This document shows, in pieces, positions 39,007-48,066 of a DNA stretch of 64,000 nucleotides (its first letter is position 1; every line of letters starts with the position of its first letter). The stretch spans positions 3,776,001-3,840,000 of the forward strand of contig OY759353.1 in NCBI GenBank assembly GCA_963662315.1, given 5' to 3'. The notes beneath the pieces are model-generated. The model made no database searches. It was not told where the DNA came from and saw only the letters and a list, made by a program, of their open reading frames with translations. Position numbers and translations under genes: made by a program. The DNA comes from Geopsychrobacteraceae bacterium. GTDB lineage: Bacteria > Desulfobacterota > Desulfuromonadia > Desulfuromonadales > Geopsychrobacteraceae.

Positions 39007-39024
39007 ACAGTGTTTTTAGACCGT

Positions 39025-39074
39025 CCCGCTTATTAAAGCATTCCGACCGCTTAGTTTCCTAATCCTACCGTTTG
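39025..39074 (+). promoter_or_regulatory. BtsR/YehT-type LytTR binding repeats
   Basis: CCCGCTTA (39025), ACCGCTTA (39046), ACCGTTTG (39067): 21-bp period with 13-bp spacers, matching the ACC[G/A]CT[C/T]A-N13 motif I recall for E. coli BtsR. Confidence 0.75.
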
Positions 39075-39186
39075 TCTTATCTGACCTTTTTACTCCAGGC
39101 GTATTGTCCTATCTTAAACTCGAACGGTCGCAGAGGGAGTTCTCTTCTGCGAGAATTTTTCGCGAGTATTACTAAGGAGTGGAACA

Positions 39187-39321
39187 ATGGGTGAAGCAGC
39201 ACTGTCTTATTGGTTGGAAGAGTTTATCAATCCTTCTCCGCAGCCAGCTGATGCCGATATGGAATATTCGGCGCTATTAGCCGGTGAGTCGGATGATGAC
39301 TGGAAATATGGTTCCGATTGA
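39187..39321 (+). CDS. Unannotated 44-aa acidic small protein
   Basis: AAGGAG SD (39174-39179); ATG..TGA; MGEAALSYWLEEFINPSPQPADADMEYSALLAGESDDDWKYGSD; below the ORF-track length cutoff. Confidence 0.7.
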   Translation: MGEAALSYWLEEFINPSPQPADADMEYSALLAGESDDDWKYGSD

Positions 39322-39349
39322 TTGACTGTTCCAAGCGTATCTTTATAAT
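39322..39349 (+). promoter_or_regulatory. Sigma70-type promoter, candidate for the ABM-decarboxylase-cit operon
   Basis: TTGACT-N16-TATAAT. Confidence 0.55.
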
Positions 39350-39441
39350 GCGCAACGATGGCCCAGCTTATTTGTTAAGTGTTGGGCCTTTGTTATATTT
39401 GCAAGAAGGGTAGTTCCATTTTTTTTCGAGGGAGAGTCGAT

Positions 39442-39729
39442 ATGTCAGTAAGAATTGTTATTGTACGTCATGTACCACAGGAGAAAGCTTCTGAGTTAAG
39501 ACCTTTGCTGTTGGAAATGAGAGCCCTTGCCAACGCTCAGCCGGGATATGTTTCTGGCGAAACTCTGGTTAATTATGATGACCCGAGCGAGTACCTGGTT
39601 TTGAGTACCTGGCAGACGCTTAAGGATTGGAATGTCTGGTTGGCTGATGAACGACGCAAGAGGTTGCAGTCCGAAGTTGATGCGATTACCGGTTGTGAGA
39701 CACTTTATTCAGTGTATTACAACGGTTAA
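39442..39729 (+). CDS. Antibiotic-biosynthesis-monooxygenase (ABM) domain protein
   Basis: Start ATG 39442 (GAGGGAG SD); QPGYVSGETL, YLVLSTW...W. Confidence 0.85.
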   Translation: MSVRIVIVRHVPQEKASELRPLLLEMRALANAQPGYVSGETLVNYDDPSEYLVLSTWQTLKDWNVWLADERRKRLQSEVDAITGCETLYSVYYNG

Positions 39730-39776
39730 TGCCGACAAGATGTCAAAGAACTTACTCAGATAAAGGATAATCGCTG

Positions 39777-41327
39777 ATGATGGAAGCGAAGATTAATGCA
39801 TTGTTGGAGAAACGTCAGAAAGCTCTTGTCGGTGGTGGTAGCGACAAAATCAAAAAGCGCCATGAAAAGGGATTGCTGACGGCACGTGAGAGGATCGATC
39901 TGCTGCTTGACGAAGGGAGCTTTGAAGAGTTCGATATGTTCAAAGGTCATCGTTGTCATCACTTCGGTATGGAGAAGATCGAGACAATTGGCGATGGTGT
40001 TGTCACCGGTTACGGTACTATCGGTGGTCGTTTGGTTTATGTATTTGCTTTTGACTTTACTGTTCTGGGTGGTTCCTTGTCCGAAACTCTGGCAGAGAAA
40101 GTCTGCAAAGTTATGGACATGGCCGTTAAGAATGGTGCCCCTGTTATCGGTCTGAACGATTCCGGTGGCGCTCGTATTCAGGAAGGGATCGAGAGTCTTG
40201 CCGGTTACTCTGATATTTTCCTGCGCAACGTTATGGCTTCCGGTGTTGTTCCCCAGTTGTCAGGTATTTTTGGCCCCTGTGCTGGTGGTGCCGTTTACTC
40301 TCCAGCTCTGACTGATTTTAACGTTATGGTTCGCAATAACAGCTACATGTTCTTGACCGGACCTAAAGTTGTTAAAGCTGTTACCCACGAAGATGTTACG
40401 ACAGAAGCTCTCGGTGGTGCCAGCGTCCATACAACCAAGAGTGGGGTTGCTCACCTGGCGGGAGACACAGAAGAACAGGCTATTGCTCAGTTGCGCGAAC
40501 TGTTCTCTTATATGCCGCAGAACAACATGGAAGTTCCCCCGCGTAAGGAGACCGATGATCCTATCAGTCGTGAGGAAATGGGGCTGTGCCGTCTGCTTCC
40601 CGAAAACCCTAACCATCCCTACGATATCAAGCAACTGATCGCTGCCACTGTTGACGATGGCCAGTTCCTTGAGATTCAACCGGACTGGGCGCCAAATATT
40701 GTTATCGCTTTTGCTCGCTACGGCGGTCAATCTGTTGGTATCGTTGCCAACCAGCCGCTGCACCTTGCCGGGGTTCTGGATAACGATTCGTCCATCAAGG
40801 CTGCTCGCTTTGTCCGTTTCTGCGATGCGTTCAACATTCCATTGGTTACCTTTGTTGATGTTCCTGGCTTCTTGCCTGGTACCGCGCAGGAGTATGGCGG
40901 CATCATTCGTAACGGTGCCAAGCTTCTCTACGCATATGCCGAAGCAACTGTACCTAAAGTCACAGTTGTTGTTCGCAAGTCCTACGGTGGGGCTTACTGT
41001 GTTATGAGCTCCAAGCATCTGCGTGGAGACGTGAACTATTCCTGGCCAACCGGTGAAATCGCAGTTATGGGAGCCAAAGGTGCTGCAGAGATTCTGTTTG
41101 CCGGCGCTGCCAAAAAAGACCCTGAGAACTCCGCTAAAATTATGGCCGAAGGCATTGAAGAGTATTCCGATAAATTCGCTAACCCCTACGAAGCAGCCAA
41201 GCGCGGCTACGTTGACGCCGTTATTATGCCCCAGCGCACCCGTTTCCGGATTTGCAAGGCATTGGCGATGCTCGAAGGGAAGCAAGATTGCAATCCGCGT
41301 AAAAAACACGGAAATATCCCTCTGTAA
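39777..41327 (+). CDS. Acyl-CoA carboxyltransferase subunit (methylmalonyl-CoA decarboxylase alpha / PccB-like)
   Basis: [57 protein letters not shown]. Confidence 0.93.
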   Translation: MMEAKINALLEKRQKALVGGGSDKIKKRHEKGLLTARERIDLLLDEGSFEEFDMFKGHRCHHFGMEKIETIGDGVVTGYGTIGGRLVYVFAFDFTVLGGSLSETLAEKVCKVMDMAVKNGAPVIGLNDSGGARIQEGIESLAGYSDIFLRNVMASGVVPQLSGIFGPCAGGAVYSPALTDFNVMVRNNSYMFLTGPKVVKAVTHEDVTTEALGGASVHTTKSGVAHLAGDTEEQAIAQLRELFSYMPQNNMEVPPRKETDDPISREEMGLCRLLPENPNHPYDIKQLIAATVDDGQFLEIQPDWAPNIVIAFARYGGQSVGIVANQPLHLAGVLDNDSSIKAARFVRFCDAFNIPLVTFVDVPGFLPGTAQEYGGIIRNGAKLLYAYAEATVPKVTVVVRKSYGGAYCVMSSKHLRGDVNYSWPTGEIAVMGAKGAAEILFAGAAKKDPENSAKIMAEGIEEYSDKFANPYEAAKRGYVDAVIMPQRTRFRICKALAMLEGKQDCNPRKKHGNIPL

Positions 41328-41363
41328 CCAGAACATTAATCACTTAAACGAACGGATACGATT

Positions 41364-41720
41364 ATGAATTTTGGCTGGCAGAATGTGGTTGATGGTCATG
41401 GGATCGGTCTCATGATCACCGGGATGTTGATTGTTTTTGCGGGATTGCTGCTGATCAGTGGAGTCATCGTCCTGATGGGTTCCCTGGACGGCAGAAAACA
41501 TAAGGCAAAGACAGCTTCTGTTTCGGTAGATGATGCGAAAGCTCTTAAAGAACCGACAAAAGAAGAGCTTATTGCTGTTGCGGCTCTGGTTGTTTATCTT
41601 GAATCAGAACGTAGCATGGGCGAATTGACAATTAAATTACCTAAGCAGAAGCGGGTCGGATCAATCTGGGCTTCTGCAGGCAAAATGCGCTCGCTGTCTG
41701 AAGGAGGCTCCTATGCGTAA
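41364..41720 (+). CDS. Na+-pumping decarboxylase membrane anchor subunit (OadG/MmdD family)
   Basis: GMLIVF TM helix, EELIAVAA, C-terminal W..AG motif. Confidence 0.85.
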   Translation: MNFGWQNVVDGHGIGLMITGMLIVFAGLLLISGVIVLMGSLDGRKHKAKTASVSVDDAKALKEPTKEELIAVAALVVYLESERSMGELTIKLPKQKRVGSIWASAGKMRSLSEGGSYA

Positions 41721-42147
41721 ATATACATTAAAATTGAACGATAAAAATTTTGAAGTACAGCTGAACAATCTCAGCGCCGAAGACGCTGTTCTTGAAATAA
41801 ATGGTGAAAAATATACGGTTGCAATCTCTGCCATCGAAGAAGTGCTTCCAGAGGGTGTTGAACTGAACTTCGCGGCTGTCAGCGCTGCCGCGCCGCTGGC
41901 TTCTTCAAAGCCCAAAGGTCCAGTAACCGCTGGTGACGGTACCGTGCTCGCTCCGATTCCCGGATCGATTATGCAGGTTTATGTCAAGGTCGGTGACGAG
42001 GTCAAGGTCGGGCAGGCCTTGTTCAAGATGGAAGCCATGAAGATGGAAAATGAAATCAATGCCCGAGTTGACGGAAAGGTATGTGCCGTCAACATCAAGG
42101 TCGGCGATAGCGTCAACCAGGGCGATGAGTTGATAGTCATTGATTGA
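41713..42147 (+). CDS. Biotin carboxyl carrier subunit (MmdC-like)
   Basis: APIPG, EAMKMENEI biotinylation motif, Ala/Pro linker. Confidence 0.93.
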   Translation: MRKYTLKLNDKNFEVQLNNLSAEDAVLEINGEKYTVAISAIEEVLPEGVELNFAAVSAAAPLASSKPKGPVTAGDGTVLAPIPGSIMQVYVKVGDEVKVGQALFKMEAMKMENEINARVDGKVCAVNIKVGDSVNQGDELIVID

Positions 42148-42213
42148 TGGAGGAGTCCCCGGCGATCGGGGACGTCTTCCGGTTTCCGTTGAATTTCAGC
42201 AGAGAGCGTTACT

Positions 42214-43332
42214 ATGGATATGTTAACCAGTTTTTTAATGAGTACAGGTTTTGTCGAGATCGCCTGGCCAAACATTATTATGATACTGTTTGGGTGTCTT
42301 TTTGTTTGGCTGGCAATCACAAAAGGGTTTGAGCCCCTGTTACTTTTACCGATTGGCTTTGGCCTAATCGTTGGTAATATCCCGATCCCCGAAGCCATGT
42401 CTGGAGGCGAGGAAGGGATGTTTTTCGTCAATATTTACAAGGGGGTTACAGGGGGGATTTATCCGCCATTGATTTTCCTTGGTGTTGGTGCCATGACCGA
42501 CTTTTCACCAATGCTGAGCAATCCGAAACTGGTGTTGCTTGGTGCTGCAGCTCAGTTTGGTATTTTCGGGACTCTGATCGCCGCTATGTTTATTGGCTTT
42601 ACCCCTGCCCAGGCTGGTGCGATTGGTATTATCGGTGGCGCAGACGGTCCGACTGCTATCTTCCTGTCGTCTGTTCTTGCTCCTGAACTGCTCGGATCCA
42701 TCGCCATTGCCGCCTATTCGTATATGTCCCTCGTTCCGGTTATTCAGCCGCCGATTATGCGTCTGTTGACAACGAAGGAAGAACGGGTCATCCGCATGGA
42801 AATGGCCCGTCAGGTTACCAAACGCGAAAAGATTATTTTTCCCATTGTCGGCTTTCTTATTTGCACCCTGATTGCTCCGGGTTCCATGGTTCTTATCGGG
42901 TGTCTGTTCTTTGGTAATATTTTAAAGGAAAGTATGGTCACCGAACGTCTGGCCAATACTGCCCGCAATGCCATGATCGATATCCTGACCATCCTGCTTG
43001 GCTTCTCTATAGGTGCAAACACCCTGGCCGCTGACTTCTTGACCGCCAGATCGATCGGGATCTTTGTTATGGGCGCTACCGCTTTTGCTGTTGCAACGGC
43101 CTGTGGTGTGTTGTTTGCCAAGCTTATGAATATGTTTTCGAAAAAGAAAATCAATCCGCTGGTTGGAGCGGCAGGGGTTTCTGCTGTGCCTAACGCGGCG
43201 CGGGTTGTTAATAAAGTCGGATTGGAATATGATCCGACCAACTACCTGCTGATGCATGCCATGGCTCCAAATGTTGCGGGTGTTGTTGGCTCTGCTATCG
43301 CTGCAGGTGTTCTGCTGTCTGTTCTTGGTTAG
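42214..43332 (+). CDS. Na+-translocating decarboxylase beta subunit (OadB/MmdB family)
   Basis: FEPLLLLPIGFG, GAMTDF, IIGGADGPT, AYSYMSL, GVSAVP, HAMAPNVAG. Confidence 0.95.
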   Translation: MDMLTSFLMSTGFVEIAWPNIIMILFGCLFVWLAITKGFEPLLLLPIGFGLIVGNIPIPEAMSGGEEGMFFVNIYKGVTGGIYPPLIFLGVGAMTDFSPMLSNPKLVLLGAAAQFGIFGTLIAAMFIGFTPAQAGAIGIIGGADGPTAIFLSSVLAPELLGSIAIAAYSYMSLVPVIQPPIMRLLTTKEERVIRMEMARQVTKREKIIFPIVGFLICTLIAPGSMVLIGCLFFGNILKESMVTERLANTARNAMIDILTILLGFSIGANTLAADFLTARSIGIFVMGATAFAVATACGVLFAKLMNMFSKKKINPLVGAAGVSAVPNAARVVNKVGLEYDPTNYLLMHAMAPNVAGVVGSAIAAGVLLSVLG

Positions 43333-43378
43333 ATCTGGAGCAAAGAACCTTTAAGTCTGGAAGTGTGAGAATAAGAAC

Positions 43379-44392
43379 ATGGTTGTTCGCCTGATTAACA
43401 AATATGATCAGTTGAAGGCAAAAGAGCTCATCGAAGAGAATGGGTTCGTGTATGAAGATAAGTTTGATGCCATGTTCGGTGTCTTTGAGGATGGCGAACT
43501 GGTTGCGACAGCGACCAGAGACCACAACGTTTTTAAAATGATCTGTATTCGTGACAGTCACCAGGGGGGAAACCTCCTTGGTGAACTGCTCACGGAGCTC
43601 ATCAACAGTTGTGAGTTTACCAATATCAGTAATTATTTTATTTTTACCAAACCCGACCGTTGTCAGTCCTTTCATCATTTTAACTTTCACCCACTGGTCA
43701 ATCATGAAAAGCTTTGCCTCCTTGAGTATGGTCATGGCTTGCAAAGCTATCTTGATCAGCATCGTGATCTGGTTAGAGAAGGGAATAATGGTGCGGTCGT
43801 TGTCAATTGTAACCCCTTCACCCGCGGCCATCAGTACCTGATTGAAGAGGCTTCTAAGCAGGTCGATCAGCTATACGTTTTTGTTGTGCGTGAAGATCGC
43901 TCAATTTTTCCATTTGATGTCCGGTTTCGCCTGGCCCAGGACGGAACGGCACATCTGCCTAACGTTACAGTATTGGATACCTCCGATTATGCGATCAGTC
44001 AGGTTACTTTTCCTGGTTATTTTTTAAAGCAGGATGATGACCAGCAGGTTGTCCAGATGGAAGTGGACCTGCACTTATTCGGCAAACATATCGCTCCGTT
44101 TTTTAATATCAAAAAACGCTTTATCGGAACGGAGCCTTATTGCCGGACCACAAGAATATACAGCGAAACAATGCATAAAGTGCTCGCATTGTACAATATT
44201 GAAACTGTACAATTGGAGCGCAAAACCATTGCATCGCAACCGATCAGTGCCTCCAGAGTTCGTGAAGCGTTGAAACGTGAAGCATTTGAAACTCTGAAGG
44301 ATCTCGTTCCTGATTCCACGCTCGGCTTTTTACGTTCGGCTCAGGCACGTGATTTACTGACGACTCTGAAAGATTATCAAAGGAGACATTGA
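43379..44392 (+). CDS. citC: [Citrate (pro-3S)-lyase] ligase
   Basis: NCNPFTRGHQYL, FVVRED, YAISQVTFPGYF, RFIGTEP, ISASRVR. Confidence 0.93.
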   Translation: MVVRLINKYDQLKAKELIEENGFVYEDKFDAMFGVFEDGELVATATRDHNVFKMICIRDSHQGGNLLGELLTELINSCEFTNISNYFIFTKPDRCQSFHHFNFHPLVNHEKLCLLEYGHGLQSYLDQHRDLVREGNNGAVVVNCNPFTRGHQYLIEEASKQVDQLYVFVVREDRSIFPFDVRFRLAQDGTAHLPNVTVLDTSDYAISQVTFPGYFLKQDDDQQVVQMEVDLHLFGKHIAPFFNIKKRFIGTEPYCRTTRIYSETMHKVLALYNIETVQLERKTIASQPISASRVREALKREAFETLKDLVPDSTLGFLRSAQARDLLTTLKDYQRRH

Positions 44393-44661
44393 TGAAGTTA
44401 ACTAAAAAAGCCCAGGCAGGAACCATGCAGTCAAGTGATCTGATGGTTTTCCTTGAGCCTGCGGACGAATTGCGCGTGGAAATTGATTCAACGGTAAAAA
44501 TTCAGTTTGGCCATTTGATTGAGAAACAGGTTAAGGCTGTTTTGGAAAAACTGTCTGTAACAAGCGGTCATATTAAAATCAGTGATCGTGGTGCTCTTGA
44601 TTACGCCATTGCGGCTCGTTTGGAAACTGCCATCAGAAGAGCCTGCGGGGAGGATTTGTAG
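44392..44661 (+). CDS. citD: Citrate lyase acyl carrier protein (gamma)
   Basis: AGTMQSSD (prosthetic-group Ser), STVKIQFG, DRGALD; ATG overlaps the citC stop; AGGAG SD. Confidence 0.93.
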   Translation: MKLTKKAQAGTMQSSDLMVFLEPADELRVEIDSTVKIQFGHLIEKQVKAVLEKLSVTSGHIKISDRGALDYAIAARLETAIRRACGEDL

Positions 44662-44663
44662 AC

Positions 44664-45134
44664 ATGAAAGGCGTCTATTGTAAAGAATGGACTCAGGGCC
44701 GCCGGTATATCGTAAAAATCGAACCAGGTCAGAAGATTAAAGAGAGTTTGATTCAATTTGCCAAGCAGGAAAATATCCAGAACGGAGTTGTTGTTTCTGC
44801 TGTTGGCTCAGTTGTGAAGGCCGGTTTTCGTGGCATAAAGTCCGGGGCTAGCCTTCCAATTACTGAACCGCGTATGCGGATTATTGAGTTGGAAGGTCCA
44901 CTTGAACTGGTTGGCCTCGAAGGTAATCTGATTGTTACTGATAGCAATGAGATTGATTGCCACCTGCATATCATGATGGCGAAGAGTTCCGGTGAGGTCG
45001 TTGGCGGCCATATGTTCGATGCTGAGATCTTTGCCAGCTGTGAAATTATGTTTACCGAGATACTGGTATCTGGTGTTGAACGGCATGTTTCCAAAACCGG
45101 TGGCATCTCAACTATCTATATTGAGGAGGAGTGA
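44664..45134 (+). CDS. PPC/DUF296 domain protein
   Basis: SAVGS, ELVGLEGNL, CHLH, VVGGH, CEI. Confidence 0.85.
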   Translation: MKGVYCKEWTQGRRYIVKIEPGQKIKESLIQFAKQENIQNGVVVSAVGSVVKAGFRGIKSGASLPITEPRMRIIELEGPLELVGLEGNLIVTDSNEIDCHLHIMMAKSSGEVVGGHMFDAEIFASCEIMFTEILVSGVERHVSKTGGISTIYIEEE

Positions 45135-45139
45135 TTGTC

Positions 45140-46060
45140 ATGGCTAATTTTGAGTTGATGAGATCACTGTTGTACGTTCCCGGTAATATGCCTTCAATGC
45201 TGCAGAACGTACCGATGTTTCAGAGCGATTGTGTCATGATCGACCTTGAAGATTCGGTACCCTATGCTGAAAAGGATGCTGCCCGGGATTTGGTTCGCAA
45301 TTTTCTGGAAAATTATAAAGAGCACAATAAAAGCATTCTGGTGCGTATCAACAGTCTGAAAACCAAATGGTGGAAGCAGGATCTGGACGCTATTTTGCCG
45401 GCCATGACTGATGGTATCCGCCTGCCTGAAGCGGATACTCCGGAATATGTCGAGCAGCTTGATACCATTTTGACTGAATATGAAGAAGAGCTGGGTTTGC
45501 CGATCGGGCATTTTAAAATTCTGCCATCTATCGAAACAGCCGAAGGCGTTATCAATTGTATCAAAATTGCTAAAAGTTCTTCACGTCTGCTGGGGCTGGC
45601 TTTTGGTGCTGAAGATTACACCGCCAGCCTTGAAATCGAACGGACCAAGGGCGGGGAAGAATTGTTTGCTGCCAGAACCCGTATTGTCTGGGCATGTAAG
45701 GCTGCCGGTATTCAGGCTATTGACACTATTTTCCCTGATGCTGCGGATATGGACGCTCTGGAAAAAGAAACCCAACTGATCAAGACCCTCGGTTTTGCTG
45801 GAAAATCTCTGGTTAACCCGCGTCAGATTGAAGTTGTGCATAATGTCTTTATGCCTAAACAGGAACAAATTGATTACGCCCTGCAGGTTGTCGATGCCAT
45901 TCAGCGTGCCCGTGAAATGGGTACTGGGGTTATTTCCTTGGGTGGTAAAATGATTGATATTCCTGTGGTTATTCGTGCGGTAAAAACCCTTAAATCAGCA
46001 CAGGCCCATGGACTGGTTGATATTGATATTGATGAAGAGGTGATCTATGGCCAAAAATAG
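45140..46060 (+). CDS. citE: Citrate lyase beta subunit (citryl-ACP lyase)
   Basis: RSLLYVPGN, DLEDSV..EKDAAR, VRIN, IETAEG, FGAEDY, GKSLVNPRQ, GKMIDIP. Confidence 0.92.
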   Translation: MANFELMRSLLYVPGNMPSMLQNVPMFQSDCVMIDLEDSVPYAEKDAARDLVRNFLENYKEHNKSILVRINSLKTKWWKQDLDAILPAMTDGIRLPEADTPEYVEQLDTILTEYEEELGLPIGHFKILPSIETAEGVINCIKIAKSSSRLLGLAFGAEDYTASLEIERTKGGEELFAARTRIVWACKAAGIQAIDTIFPDAADMDALEKETQLIKTLGFAGKSLVNPRQIEVVHNVFMPKQEQIDYALQVVDAIQRAREMGTGVISLGGKMIDIPVVIRAVKTLKSAQAHGLVDIDIDEEVIYGQK

Positions 46061-47585
46061 TTTGGGGCGTGAGCTCCCAGAATCTTTTGCCGGAAAGGCT
46101 GTTGTCCCTTTCCAGGATCCCTTCAGTTATAAAAAGCCCGGCGACCTTGCAACGCGTTCGGTGCGGAGGGTCAATCCTGGTGACAACAAGGTGCTTGGCA
46201 GTCTGCGTGAAGCTATTGAGGCTTCAGGCTTGCGCAGTGGCATGACGATTGCGACTCACCATCATCTGCGCAATGGTGATGCGGTACTTAATCAGGTTAT
46301 TAAAGAAATTGATGCCATGGGCATCAAAGATATTAAGATCGCCTCCAGTTCCGTTCACCCGGTCCACGCCGAATTGATCCCTTACATTCAAAAAGGCGTC
46401 ATTACCGGAATCGAGACTGGTGTTAACGGTCTGATCGGTGAAATGGCCTCCAAGGGTGAGCTGTCTTGTCCGATTACCGTGCGTACCCATGGTGGGCGTG
46501 CCCGTGCTGTTATCGCTGGAGACGTCCAGATTGATGTTGCTTTTATCGGAGCTCCATGCTGCGACAAATACGGTAACTTGAACGGTCAAAGCGGCCCTTC
46601 TGCTTGCGGTAGTCTTGGCTATGCCTTTACCGATGCTCAATATGCCAAATATGTTGTTGCTGTAACCGACAACCTCGTACCTTATCCGGCTGTTCCGGTT
46701 TCGATTCCAATGTCAATGGTTGATAGCGTTGTTGTTGTTGATTCTCTTGGTGATCCCAAGAAGATTGTTTCAACCACGACCCGTATTACCCGTGACCCGG
46801 TCGGACTTCAGATTGCCAAATATGCTTCTCAGGTTATAGAAGCCTCTGGTCTGCTGAAGGATGGATTTGCTTTTCAGACAGGTTCAGGGGGTATTTCCCT
46901 GGCTGTTGCCGACCGCGTTAAACAACTCATGAGCGCCGGTAATATCAAAGGTAGCTTTGGTTGCGGCGGTATTACCGGATACTTTGTCGACATGCTTGAA
47001 CAGGGGCTGTTCAAAGCTCTGTTTGATGTTCAGTGTTTCGACCTTAAGGCGGTTGATTCCATTGCCCGCAATCAGAATCACCTGGAGATGAGCGCTGATC
47101 TTTACGCTAATCCCTATAATTCTGGCTGTGTCGTTAATATGCTGGATACGGTTATTCTCGGTGCGACCGAGGTTGATGTCGACTTTAACGTCAATGTCAA
47201 TACCGAGTCCAACGGCTATCTCCTGCACAACACCGGCGGTCACAGCGATGCCGCTGCTGGTGCTAAACTGTCGATTATTACTGCACCGCTGATTCGTGGG
47301 CGCCTGCCGATTATCCGTGATGCGGTGACTACGGTAACCACTCCGGGGGCTACCATTGATGCCATCGTTACTGAGCGCGGTATTGCCGTTAATGAGCATC
47401 AGCAAGATCTTAAAAAAGAGCTGATCAAGCGCAAGATCCCGGTTATGGATATCCACGACCTGAGGAAGCTTGCCATCAGCATTACCGGAGAACCGAAACC
47501 GGTAGAGTTCACCGATGATGTCGTTGCCCTGATCGAATACCGTGACGGTTCAATTATTGATGCTGTACGCAGAGTTAAAGCATAG
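46047..47585 (+). CDS. citF: Citrate lyase alpha subunit (citrate:ACP transferase)
   Basis: HHHLRNGD, THGGRAR, ACGSLGYA, FQTGSGG, GGHSDAA, EYRDG. Confidence 0.95.
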   Translation: MAKNSLGRELPESFAGKAVVPFQDPFSYKKPGDLATRSVRRVNPGDNKVLGSLREAIEASGLRSGMTIATHHHLRNGDAVLNQVIKEIDAMGIKDIKIASSSVHPVHAELIPYIQKGVITGIETGVNGLIGEMASKGELSCPITVRTHGGRARAVIAGDVQIDVAFIGAPCCDKYGNLNGQSGPSACGSLGYAFTDAQYAKYVVAVTDNLVPYPAVPVSIPMSMVDSVVVVDSLGDPKKIVSTTTRITRDPVGLQIAKYASQVIEASGLLKDGFAFQTGSGGISLAVADRVKQLMSAGNIKGSFGCGGITGYFVDMLEQGLFKALFDVQCFDLKAVDSIARNQNHLEMSADLYANPYNSGCVVNMLDTVILGATEVDVDFNVNVNTESNGYLLHNTGGHSDAAAGAKLSIITAPLIRGRLPIIRDAVTTVTTPGATIDAIVTERGIAVNEHQQDLKKELIKRKIPVMDIHDLRKLAISITGEPKPVEFTDDVVALIEYRDGSIIDAVRRVKA

Positions 47586-48066
47586 TATTCTTCTTGCCCG
47601 TGAGCGACGCGATGAGAAACTTCATCAGCTATTAACGTCGCTCACGGCCGGTTCTGTTATCCAATTGTCCCTGAATATCCCCGGGCCCGACAAATGCCCA
47701 CCCGGATATCAGGGACTTTTCCGTTGGGGGCAGCAACAGTTGGAAACAGCCATAAAGCTTGAATGCGTGTTGCGCAAAGAGGATGCCCTCGGACCCTGGG
47801 CGCTGTACACGACAAGCGTATCTGCTGATGCTGTTAAACGGTGTTGCTGCGCAGTCGAAAAATCATTGCCTGCTGCTCGTCTTCTTGATTGTGACGTGTA
47901 TGCGTTTGACGGTACCGTATATGACCGTGCATTTATGGGGTTGCCACAACGGCAATGCCTGGTTTGCGATCAGCCGGCAAGGGACTGCATGCGCGTAAAA
48001 CGACATGGTTGGGATCAAGTAAAGGAACGTCTTGAAGAACTGCTCAAACCCTATACAGCTGTTTAG
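47560..48066 (+). CDS. citX: Apo-citrate lyase phosphoribosyl-dephospho-CoA transferase
   Basis: LLARERR, LNIPGPDK, RLLDCDV, RQCLVCDQPARDC..KRH; start uncertain (47542 or 47560). Confidence 0.88.
   Translation: MLYAELKHSILLARERRDEKLHQLLTSLTAGSVIQLSLNIPGPDKCPPGYQGLFRWGQQQLETAIKLECVLRKEDALGPWALYTTSVSADAVKRCCCAVEKSLPAARLLDCDVYAFDGTVYDRAFMGLPQRQCLVCDQPARDCMRVKRHGWDQVKERLEELLKPYTAV

Noticed and set aside
40260..41336. 358-aa antisense ORF, and similar long shadow ORFs at 24851-25672, 30015-30773, 50041-50841 and 59247-59972
   Set aside because: They lie opposite well-conserved genes, have no motifs or SD, and are explained by codon bias on the coding strand.
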